Source: Fibrobacterales bacterium (GTDB lineage: Bacteria > Fibrobacterota > Fibrobacteria > Fibrobacterales > JAOPTW01). From it: a stretch of DNA of 22,421 nucleotides. The DNA is taken from the NCBI GenBank assembly GCA_051532055.1, contig JAOPTX010000090.1:366-22786 (forward strand), read 5' to 3'. Both the position numbers and the translations under genes were made by a program. Positions 9,437-17,407 of the stretch are shown in pieces; within the stretch, counting starts at the first letter, position 1; each line of letters opens with the position of its first letter. The notes under the pieces were generated by a model that was given only the letters and a program-made list of their open reading frames with translations, was not told the DNA's origin and did no database searches.

Positions 9437-12016
9437 CTAAAAACTCCATTCAAAATCGATAAATATAGGGACAATTGGCAATTGATATATATTCTCTGAT
9501 GTAGGAGGGTTCGCAAAGTAGTCATGAGACTTAACAAAAATATTTTTGGTATTGAATACATTCAAAATTGCATAAGAGAGTTTCCAGCTATTCTTCTTTC
9601 CTATTTCAAAAACCTTAAGATCTATCCGGTTATACCCAGGTAATTTCGACTGATTTTTAGACCCAAATGAAAATATCTGTTTTACCTCATTGTTATGAGA
9701 ATTAGGTACATATTCGTACCCAGTTAATGCAGTATATGGGCTCCCCGTGGATGCCTTAATTTGAAAGGAGCTTTTAACAAACAATTCATTATACGAAGCG
9801 GTAAAAAAACCATGCATCCCCCTCCAATTAATAACGACATTACATTGAGCACTATGAGTTCTATCCCACACAGAGTAATACGCATACTTATGAAGATCAT
9901 CTTTGATAACAGTTCGATTGTAGGTATAACTTATCTCACCAGCAATAGGAGCCTTATTGAGTACCAGAGACGCCTCTAACCCATAGGAATAGCCATTTGA
10001 ATAATAAATAAAATCAGCAAGATCCTGTTCTTGCTTAATTTTAAAGTCGGTACCTAACTTCGATACATCAAACATATAGCTATTCCAAAACGACTTATAA
10101 AATGACCCCAATGTAATATCCAACTTTCCAAACAATTTAGTGTAGAGATAATTCAATGATGAAAAGAGTTCTCGCGCCGGAGGAATAGTACTCTCATCAT
10201 TTTTATAGGCAGGAATATAATTGTCCATCGCTGATGATATATAATCATTGAAATGTATTGAATTCACGAACTGATAATAATAACCTGTCTGAAATTGTAC
10301 TGTCTGCCTCTTAGATGGAAACATTTGAATATTAATCCTTGGCTCAAAAAATGGTTTTTCAAGCGAGAGATGATAGGTAGAACGAATTCCTACTTCTGGA
10401 TACCATACCCCAAACTTATATCCCACTGAGCCATACAGAGATGCATACAATGGACTCCTCGTATGATAAAAATGTTCTATGACACTATTTGCAGAATCTA
10501 TAAATCCACCTGTATACGTATAGGTTTCGGAACCTCTTGTAAACTTAAACTTTGATGCAATACCTTCAAAGCCTATCCCCCATTGCATTTTATCACTTGT
10601 AGGGGTATGAACGTCTGTCGACGCCTTTATGGTCTTAATAGTATTACTGGATTCCTCTTTTACTCCCGACACCTCTCTATTAATACCATGATGGTATCCC
10701 GTATAGGACAGGTGATTCTCCCAAACTAATCGGTCTATTTTTCTAACATAGTTCAGGGCGGTAAGAGAATTCCCCCACGCTAAAGACAACCAGTCATAAT
10801 TAAAAAGGTCTTCACCGTCATAATAAGTTATTGATAGCGTATGCTCTGGGCCAAAGGTGTATCGTACTTTACCTTGATAATCATGAAAACCATATTCAAT
10901 ATTTTCATTATGTAATTCCATTTTTTGGGTTAATTTGATAACCGGTGAAAAATATGATTTTCTTCCCGCGATTAACCAATCAACAGGACCAAACGTCCCT
11001 TGAAGATGACCTTGCACCGCAAACACATTCAGCTTAACCCCTCCATTCACTACCGAAGATGAATCAGCCCTTCCTGCGTCACCCTGCACATCAATCACCG
11101 ATGCCAACCTATCCCCATAGCGCACAGGAAAGCCTCCAAAATACCAGTCGACCTTTTTGACTGATTGAGTAATAAAGCTGGAAAAAAGACCAAAGAAATG
11201 GAAAGGGGTATAGAGAATTCCTTTATCAAGCATCATTAAATTTTGATCACTTGCACTTCCTCGCACATTTATTTTTGAGGTCAAATCAGAAACAGTAGAG
11301 ACACCTGGCTGACTCCCCAGAGCGAGGATTAAATCATCATGGAAAAGACCCGGTCTATTTTTAATCTTCTTTTTATCAAGTGTTCTCACCCCCGGAGCCT
11401 GTTGAATCTTTTTCTTTAGATAGACTATCGTCTTCTGCATCCTTACTTTTTCAGCGGCATCTTCAGCAAGAGCAATTACTGATTCGATGCTATCAATGGT
11501 ACTTTGCACTATTTGAACATTGGACAACGGGCTACGAGTACGAAACAAATGTAATGAATCAACACTATACGATGTCTGTATCACTAATGTAGAATCAAGA
11601 GGGTATGTCTGACTCTTTTCTAAACGTATATATTTGTTATTCCCCAGTGAGTCAATCGCTAAAGCTGAAAAACTATCAGGAGTACTCATTACAAGAGAAT
11701 CGAGTACAGAGAGAACCGGTAAATCTAAACCGAGTATGACGTTATTAAGGGAATCGATATCATTGACATGTACTGTCACAAATGTATCAATAACACTATT
11801 CCAAATTGATAGATTCCACAGAGTATCTAAGGGCAAGCGACATGATACTGGTTTTCCATAAAAGGTATTAACAGTATCCCCTGTTTCGATAACTTCGATA
11901 AAAATCGTTTCATCGGAGGCAAAAGAACTATCCGCAATTGTCACGACGACAAACCGTTCTTCAGAATGAGCGACAGGTAATCCAACAATGAAAAGAAACA
12001 GTAAATACAGTCTCAT
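9437..12016 (-). CDS. TonB-dependent outer-membrane receptor
   Basis: Signal peptide ending AHS. Plug motifs QPGV, INVRGSASDQNLMMLD, PFHFFGLFS, GGFPVRYGDRLASVIDV. Barrel motifs EPRINI, SYGLE, LPGYNRIDL, LNVFNTKN. C-terminal Phe (DFEWSF). Confidence 0.9.
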   Translation of the reverse strand: MRLYLLFLFIVGLPVAHSEERFVVVTIADSSFASDETIFIEVIETGDTVNTFYGKPVSCRLPLDTLWNLSIWNSVIDTFVTVHVNDIDSLNNVILGLDLPVLSVLDSLVMSTPDSFSALAIDSLGNNKYIRLEKSQTYPLDSTLVIQTSYSVDSLHLFRTRSPLSNVQIVQSTIDSIESVIALAEDAAEKVRMQKTIVYLKKKIQQAPGVRTLDKKKIKNRPGLFHDDLILALGSQPGVSTVSDLTSKINVRGSASDQNLMMLDKGILYTPFHFFGLFSSFITQSVKKVDWYFGGFPVRYGDRLASVIDVQGDAGRADSSSVVNGGVKLNVFAVQGHLQGTFGPVDWLIAGRKSYFSPVIKLTQKMELHNENIEYGFHDYQGKVRYTFGPEHTLSITYYDGEDLFNYDWLSLAWGNSLTALNYVRKIDRLVWENHLSYTGYHHGINREVSGVKEESSNTIKTIKASTDVHTPTSDKMQWGIGFEGIASKFKFTRGSETYTYTGGFIDSANSVIEHFYHTRSPLYASLYGSVGYKFGVWYPEVGIRSTYHLSLEKPFFEPRINIQMFPSKRQTVQFQTGYYYQFVNSIHFNDYISSAMDNYIPAYKNDESTIPPARELFSSLNYLYTKLFGKLDITLGSFYKSFWNSYMFDVSKLGTDFKIKQEQDLADFIYYSNGYSYGLEASLVLNKAPIAGEISYTYNRTVIKDDLHKYAYYSVWDRTHSAQCNVVINWRGMHGFFTASYNELFVKSSFQIKASTGSPYTALTGYEYVPNSHNNEVKQIFSFGSKNQSKLPGYNRIDLKVFEIGKKNSWKLSYAILNVFNTKNIFVKSHDYFANPPTSENIYQLPIVPIFIDFEWSF

Positions 12017-12230
12017 GGAATAGTATGGAGGAATAGAATAATTGCCTTCAATATACCTAAAATGCTCGTAAATACCTGTGATTTAAAGAGTAACTACCCG
12101 CTTCAGATTACTTTTAAGGTGTTGCTTACCTGGGGTAAACACTCATTCCACTACATAATACGCTGAGTTTTATAATCACCTCTAACAGCCCCTTATAACT
12201 GAAAGAGCATTGAGAAAACGTGAGCCTCAG

Positions 12231-13205
12231 CTATTGATTAAAAACCGTACTATCAAAAGGCACAATATAACTTTTGAGCCGCACAGTATCTCCGGCGCCA
12301 TACCGGTTCTTCACTGTAAACACCTGTTCATACTCATTGCCCACGTAGGCACTATCAGGCCTAAATTGTAGGGTAAGGATTGCATCAGAGGGTGCATACT
12401 CAGAATCTGTAGCTATGCTGTTAGCTTTATATAAATATATTGGTTTACACTCATTCATAATAATCATCGCTGCTCTACTACTCAAGTAAAACTTCCCCTC
12501 CGGCTCAACAGTACAATTCCTCGATGGTCTGGTCACAAAAGGTATTGTATCGCTCAATTGCTCGACCCAAACCCCATCGAATGGCAAATGTTCAACCAAT
12601 AGATGCGCATTAACCAAATAGCCTTCTTGCAGGGTATCAACTAATAGTTGAAGCTCCTCTTTATTCGTAATGCGGGGCGAATGACTCTCAAAAAATGATT
12701 CTGTTGAATCAGGATCCACCTCTGCCCAGATAGTATCGAAAATATGGCGTGGATAACAATTGCGATAGATTGCATCGAGAAAAATAGTATCAAGGGGGTC
12801 GTAATAGGCGATATGCATAGTATCAACAGGGAGAAACGGATTTACCCATGGCGCACAATCATCACATTCATGTTGAATAAATATCACCGATCTGAAATTA
12901 TTTCGTTGTGGTTCATGAATGGAAATTTCACCAAAAGATCTGTAGACACTGTCAAGTATCAATGGTCTCACTCGTGACGTGTCAACCCACTTCATTCCGT
13001 AGCGATTCACTGTCCACGCATACAGCGTCACCGTATCTTGTGTTACACCAGTTGTATCATATTCATAGGTATATTGAATAGTATCAAGAGGTACAGCATC
13101 ATCCACCATTGGCTCTTGTACGAGAGCACACCCTTCACACCCAGTGAAGAAAAACAGGTTTAGAATAAAAAATACACAGAGTAAAATGGGGGTTATAAGC
13201 GTCAT
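12231..13205 (-). CDS. Lipoprotein carrying one copy of the unnamed domain repeated in 3611..5749
   Basis: Hydrophobic stretch ending FFTG-C. Start is uncertain (ATG 13205 or ATG 13262); the track's GTG at 13286 abuts a terminator-like hairpin. Shares LYxWxV..G..DT and NxYGxxDT motifs with the 3611 protein. Confidence 0.7.
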   Translation of the reverse strand: MTLITPILLCVFFILNLFFFTGCEGCALVQEPMVDDAVPLDTIQYTYEYDTTGVTQDTVTLYAWTVNRYGMKWVDTSRVRPLILDSVYRSFGEISIHEPQRNNFRSVIFIQHECDDCAPWVNPFLPVDTMHIAYYDPLDTIFLDAIYRNCYPRHIFDTIWAEVDPDSTESFFESHSPRITNKEELQLLVDTLQEGYLVNAHLLVEHLPFDGVWVEQLSDTIPFVTRPSRNCTVEPEGKFYLSSRAAMIIMNECKPIYLYKANSIATDSEYAPSDAILTLQFRPDSAYVGNEYEQVFTVKNRYGAGDTVRLKSYIVPFDSTVFNQ

Positions 13206-13262
13206 ACTTATTAATGTAGAATTTTTACTTTCTATGACGCTCTTTGTGTTTAAAACATCCAT

Positions 13263-13284
13263 AAAAAAAGACCCTCGAAAGGGC
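13263..13284 (-). terminator. Putative intrinsic terminator after 13293..14048
   Basis: Minus strand reads GCCCU-UUCG-AGGGU-C-UUUUUUU, starting 8 nt after the stop codon. The stem is short (5 bp). Confidence 0.6.
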
Positions 13285-13292
13285 ACCCTATA

Positions 13293-14048
13293 CTAACAGG
13301 GAAGTCGCCCCCCATGCCCACCCAAAACAATACCTGCAATGAGAATAACCACCATTAAGGTGCAACTAATCACACCCCAGTTGCTTATAGTCCATGACAC
13401 TGTTGTCACGGTTGCCTCACTCATATACTGACCTGTAGTATACCCTACATTAGTTATTTCTGGGATTGTTACATGATCCGTGATAGTTGAATCCGTAATA
13501 CTATGGATATCAAGAGGGACCTCACTCTGCATACACACACCCGTCGTGTCCATATCATATTTAAAGCCCCCTTTGAAATAATACCCCACTTGATCACCTT
13601 GCACTATCAGATCGAAGTATTCAACACTCAGATTTTTAATATCGACTTTAAATTGAAAAGAAACGGTTGTATCGCTCCGAGCGGCAAGGTTAAAGGCCGG
13701 TATGGTCACCTGGTACTCTTTTTGTGTAAGACTCCCCTGGTGTACCACCAAAACCCCCGCTGTTTGTTGAATAGAAAAATCAGCATCATTTTTATTAGCA
13801 ACCTTTAAGGTGCTCTTCATATACATACCATATTTGCTCAAGTTTTTCGAAGGCTCCAAAAGGTCTTTTGCCTGTTCCCATGTTGAACTTGGGTAAAAAG
13901 CTCGGTCAATTTCGTTTGAGAGAAAAGTAATTTCCAATGGTACAGAACACTCAGGTTCTTTGGGAGTATTATCAACATCCCAAAATGAACAATTAAAGCT
14001 ACTCAATGCGGTAACCAAGACGAATAGATACAAGAAAAGCTGTTTCAT
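13293..14048 (-). CDS. Lipoprotein with LEA_2/WHy-like domain and hydrophobic C-terminal helix
   Basis: Signal ending SSFN-C; RBS GGTGA. LKVANKNDADFSI and FNLAARSDTTVSFQFKV resemble the LEA_2 NPN-type beta sandwich. C-terminal WGVISCTLMVVILIAGIVLGG is hydrophobic. Confidence 0.6.
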   Translation of the reverse strand: MKQLFLYLFVLVTALSSFNCSFWDVDNTPKEPECSVPLEITFLSNEIDRAFYPSSTWEQAKDLLEPSKNLSKYGMYMKSTLKVANKNDADFSIQQTAGVLVVHQGSLTQKEYQVTIPAFNLAARSDTTVSFQFKVDIKNLSVEYFDLIVQGDQVGYYFKGGFKYDMDTTGVCMQSEVPLDIHSITDSTITDHVTIPEITNVGYTTGQYMSEATVTTVSWTISNWGVISCTLMVVILIAGIVLGGHGGRLPC

Positions 14049-14160
14049 TTATAAATCACCAAAATATAAACCAGGTAAAATATACACATATAATGATTAA
14101 CCGACTCCTAACAACTCATTTTAGACGAAAACCTTCCATACACCACCAAATAGCCATTTT

Positions 14161-14205
14161 AATGTTAACATTTATATTGCCCAGCATCCTAGATTATGGT
14201 ACAAT
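14161..14205 (+). promoter_or_regulatory. Sigma70-type promoter with extended -10 and an upstream 12-bp palindrome
   Basis: TTGCCC (14177-14182), 17-nt spacer, TGn-TACAAT (14200-14205). Perfect palindrome AATGTTAACATT at 14161-14172. Confidence 0.6.
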
Positions 14206-14239
14206 AGTCAAAACAATTTACCCTTTACATTGAGCTCAA

Positions 14240-15571
14240 ATGCGCGCACTCATCATTGATGATTCCTTAGCCGTCAGAAAAATAATTAAAGGTATTCTCA
14301 TAAAAGACCTTGGCTTTGAAGCAGTGACCGATGCTGAAAATGGACAATTAGGGCTAGACGAGCTTGTAAAAAGTAATTTTTCTTACGATGTCATTATTCT
14401 CGATTGGCATATGCCCGTTATGGATGGCATAGAAACACTCATGTACATACGAGAACAGAACAAATTAATTCCTGTTATTATCTGTACCTCTGCAGGTGAT
14501 AAAGAGAGCATAATCAATGCTATTACTGCCGGTGCAAATGAATACCTTTTTAAACCTTTTGATGCGAGTGGCCTTGAGAGCAAAGTCAACAAGGTAATCA
14601 GCAACTACCAGCAACAACTTAAAAACATCAGCAACAATTCAGTACTCATTGCTGATGATTTACCCTTAGCCCGTGTAACCATACGAAAGATTATTGAGAA
14701 AGACCAATCCTTTGACACAATCGTTGAAGCCAGCGATGGCGCCGAAGCCCTTAAGCTCTTTAAATCGCAACAATTCAATCTGGTTATTCTCGATTGGAGA
14801 ATGCCTAAACTTAATGGGATTGAAACCCTCAAAGAGATGCGATCAATTAACCCAACGGTCCCTATTATTATGGTAACCGGGAAATCAACTCATGAGCATA
14901 TGGTTGAAGCGTTTGATGCTGGAGCATCAAACTTTCTCCCCAAACCCTTCACCAAAGACCAACTCCTCAACTCGCTCCATCTCTCCATGGTGACATCTGA
15001 GCCCCAACCTAATAACAAAGAAGATAAGGACGATGGATTTGACCTTGACATTGCCATTGATTCAGAAAGTTCGACGAGTGAAGTGCCCATAGACAACACT
15101 GCATTTGATCATTTTTTTAATAAACAATGGACGACCTGTATCGAAGCAAATACCTCTTTTTCACTTATCTGTATAGCCATAGATACTTTTGATGTCTATA
15201 AAACCGGCTGTAGCCTAGAACAATTCAACCAGACTGTATCAAGTATTCAAAACTCAGCCTATACTGTCTTTGGAGAATCAAGAACATCTTTTAAACGTTC
15301 TCAAGAAAACCTCTTTGCCATATCAACTATTGGGGATTCTTATGGCGAGTTACAACTAAAAATTCAACAATTACTCGTTACAGTAGAAAAGTGCGCTATT
15401 CCACATCCTGGAAAAAACGAAGGCTCACCACTAACTGTCTCTATAGGAGCTCAGTTTGGTGTCCCTCGATCTGAGAATGGATTGAGTCAATTTAAAGAGA
15501 GTGCCCAGACACATCTCCTATTAGCTCAATCACATACGAGTGGTGGATTTAAAATTAATCGCACGCTATAA
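14240..15571 (+). CDS. Response regulator with two CheY-like receiver domains and a degenerate GGDEF domain
   Basis: REC1: IIDDS, ILDWHMPVMDG, CTS, LFKPF. REC2: IADDL, ILDWRMPKLNG, VTG, LPKPF. The C-terminus keeps GGDEF-fold hallmarks (FSLICIAIDTF, AIPH, LTVSIG, GG) but has RSQENLF where RYGGEEF is expected. Confidence 0.85.
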   Translation: MRALIIDDSLAVRKIIKGILIKDLGFEAVTDAENGQLGLDELVKSNFSYDVIILDWHMPVMDGIETLMYIREQNKLIPVIICTSAGDKESIINAITAGANEYLFKPFDASGLESKVNKVISNYQQQLKNISNNSVLIADDLPLARVTIRKIIEKDQSFDTIVEASDGAEALKLFKSQQFNLVILDWRMPKLNGIETLKEMRSINPTVPIIMVTGKSTHEHMVEAFDAGASNFLPKPFTKDQLLNSLHLSMVTSEPQPNNKEDKDDGFDLDIAIDSESSTSEVPIDNTAFDHFFNKQWTTCIEANTSFSLICIAIDTFDVYKTGCSLEQFNQTVSSIQNSAYTVFGESRTSFKRSQENLFAISTIGDSYGELQLKIQQLLVTVEKCAIPHPGKNEGSPLTVSIGAQFGVPRSENGLSQFKESAQTHLLLAQSHTSGGFKINRTL

Positions 15572-15594
15572 ACACTTTCACCTATTACCCTATC

Positions 15595-17067
15595 TTAATA
15601 TAACCGATTATAAGAAGTGAGCGGAAGACCGGTATGACGTACCATCTGATGCATGGGTAATTCATTTACAATTTCTCTTGATTTCAGATCGTACACAAAT
15701 AGGGTTGGCAGATAATGCCTATCAAGTACTTCATAATATAACACATCATCTTTTAAGGCAATTGCATCAACCATAAAAACTGTTGTATCACTCGTGCGGC
15801 CAAACTCTCCAACATTCAAAGTAAAAAGACTATCAACCGTGGTACCATCCCAATACCTCATAATGCCACTTTGAGTAAGCCATACACTCGTATCTCCATT
15901 CGTAATGAGATGCATAAGTTTCTCTTTTTCAGTGTGGATCACCTCAAAACTGCTAGTAGTTCCTCTGCGTATTTCTGATAAGCTATCATTAAATTGCGCC
16001 TCCCAGGTATACGCATCCCCAAGGTAATGGACAATCCCACCATTATTAAATGGCCGATATCCATGATAAACACTATCTATGAGAGTCACACCACTACCTT
16101 CATTCCAAGCCTTCACGAGATAATAGCTATCATGCCGTACTGTATAATAAAAACCATCTTCATGTATCCCATTCAAAGTCACCCTACCTTCCTCTTCAAT
16201 AGCTAAGAGGTCCTGCTGGGGGCGCTTAATTCTGAGTGAAGGATATGCTTCAACCATAAAGCCTTTACCCATAAACCAGGTACTTACTGAGTTGGTTATA
16301 CTATCAATATTCCTCCTCTCTAGAGCATCATACCAGTACAAAATATTTTTAGAACCATTCGAACCTTTGGATTCATATACCACCTCAGTACCATAACTCA
16401 TAATATCACTCCACGTCCTATGAGACTCCGGAAAAGGGAGAAGTTCACCAGAGCGACTGATAGCGTAGGCCACACTATCGATTTCAACAGATTTTTTACG
16501 ATAAAAATAATCGAGAGTGACTTCAGACTTTAAAGCCTTTAACGCTTCTACAGATTTCAAAGGAACAGCTCCATCTCCCTCTAATTCTTTAAAACCTACA
16601 GTCATACCACCCATTTCTTTGATTTCTCGAGCCATCAGTATTGGTACACGCCCCTCCCCCAACTCAATCTCTTGCACACTACTTCTATCAATCACCGTAT
16701 TACTGGAGTTGTGAGATGATGATTGATTAGAGGATGCGCTAGAGGATGCGCTAGATGTAGCAATTGATGTTGCGCTTGATAAGTGAGCCGATGATATTAC
16801 ACTATCTGCAGAGGATTCCCGTGGCACATTTTCTATAGAACTTACTGATGCTTCAAGGGAAAGGTATTCCGGTTGAGAACTACTCATACTACCCATACTA
16901 CTCGATACTCTATTACTTGAAGATTCTAAAAAAGGAGCCCCTTTTGAATAAGACACTAAATCAATACTACTTGAAGATTGGTCTGCCTCATCAAGTATCA
17001 TTGGATCATTCGAAAAGCTATTGCAACCAAGACAAAAAAACAACAGAATAGAAAACAGAAAATACAT
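15595..17067 (-). CDS. Hypothetical lipoprotein with Ser-rich linker and beta-rich (possibly propeller) C-terminal domain
   Basis: RBS AAGAGGGA; lipobox CLG-C; ~110 aa Ser-rich linker. The C-terminal part has short beta-strand units (ILYWYD, LVKAWNE, MRYWDG, LFVYDL). Confidence 0.7.
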   Translation of the reverse strand: MYFLFSILLFFCLGCNSFSNDPMILDEADQSSSSIDLVSYSKGAPFLESSSNRVSSSMGSMSSSQPEYLSLEASVSSIENVPRESSADSVISSAHLSSATSIATSSASSSASSNQSSSHNSSNTVIDRSSVQEIELGEGRVPILMAREIKEMGGMTVGFKELEGDGAVPLKSVEALKALKSEVTLDYFYRKKSVEIDSVAYAISRSGELLPFPESHRTWSDIMSYGTEVVYESKGSNGSKNILYWYDALERRNIDSITNSVSTWFMGKGFMVEAYPSLRIKRPQQDLLAIEEEGRVTLNGIHEDGFYYTVRHDSYYLVKAWNEGSGVTLIDSVYHGYRPFNNGGIVHYLGDAYTWEAQFNDSLSEIRRGTTSSFEVIHTEKEKLMHLITNGDTSVWLTQSGIMRYWDGTTVDSLFTLNVGEFGRTSDTTVFMVDAIALKDDVLYYEVLDRHYLPTLFVYDLKSREIVNELPMHQMVRHTGLPLTSYNRLY

Positions 17068-17288
17068 AATTCCCTCTTATAGAATGGTTAATAATAATTG
17101 CGAGTCTTATACGTTAATGAAGACCCTGAATATATACTTGAGGCATTGCCAAAGGCTACAGTGTTACTGTAAAATATCAATTTCAGAAAGCCAACGTACA
17201 GTATCAACTCATACGCCCGATTGACACCCTTATAATAGTTTTCACAAGCAACTCGATCAACTACATTAATCCATATAGAGGTCTTTCC

Positions 17289-17306
17289 GTACACTAATAA
17301 GTGTAC
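17289..17306. promoter_or_regulatory. Inverted repeat GTACACT-N4-AGTGTAC, possible transcription-factor site
   Basis: Perfect 7-bp arms in the intergenic region upstream of 15595..17067. Confidence 0.35.
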
Positions 17307-17343
17307 AAAGGGACCCCCTATATAATTGGCTATCACACCCTTC

Positions 17344-17380
17344 AAAAAATATGACGTTTTTATATAAAAAAACGTCATAT
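17344..17380 (-). terminator. Putative intrinsic terminator of arsR-acr3
   Basis: Perfect 13-bp inverted repeat: ATATGACGTTTTT (17349-17361) and AAAAACGTCATAT (17368-17380), 6-nt loop. Followed on the minus strand by TTTTT; lies 27 nt past the acr3 stop. Confidence 0.7.
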
Positions 17381-17407
17381 CCCATAAATACTCTAGATTT
17401 TCTTATG

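Noticed and set aside
13263..13286. GTG start at 13286 for the 12231 ORF
   Set aside because: The first codons would be the terminator-like hairpin and U-tract; downstream ATGs fit the signal peptide better.
16728..16751. 12-nt tandem duplication TAGAGGATGCGC (two copies)
   Set aside because: Simple slippage within a Ser/Ala linker; not a CRISPR or regulatory array.
17221..17236. Perfect TTGACA and TATAAT hexamers side by side
   Set aside because: Only 4 nt apart, so they cannot form one sigma70 promoter.
17021..17378. Track ORFs 17088..17378 (-) and 17021..17224 (+)
   Set aside because: No recognisable motifs or RBS. The first starts inside the terminator stem; the region is probably intergenic.
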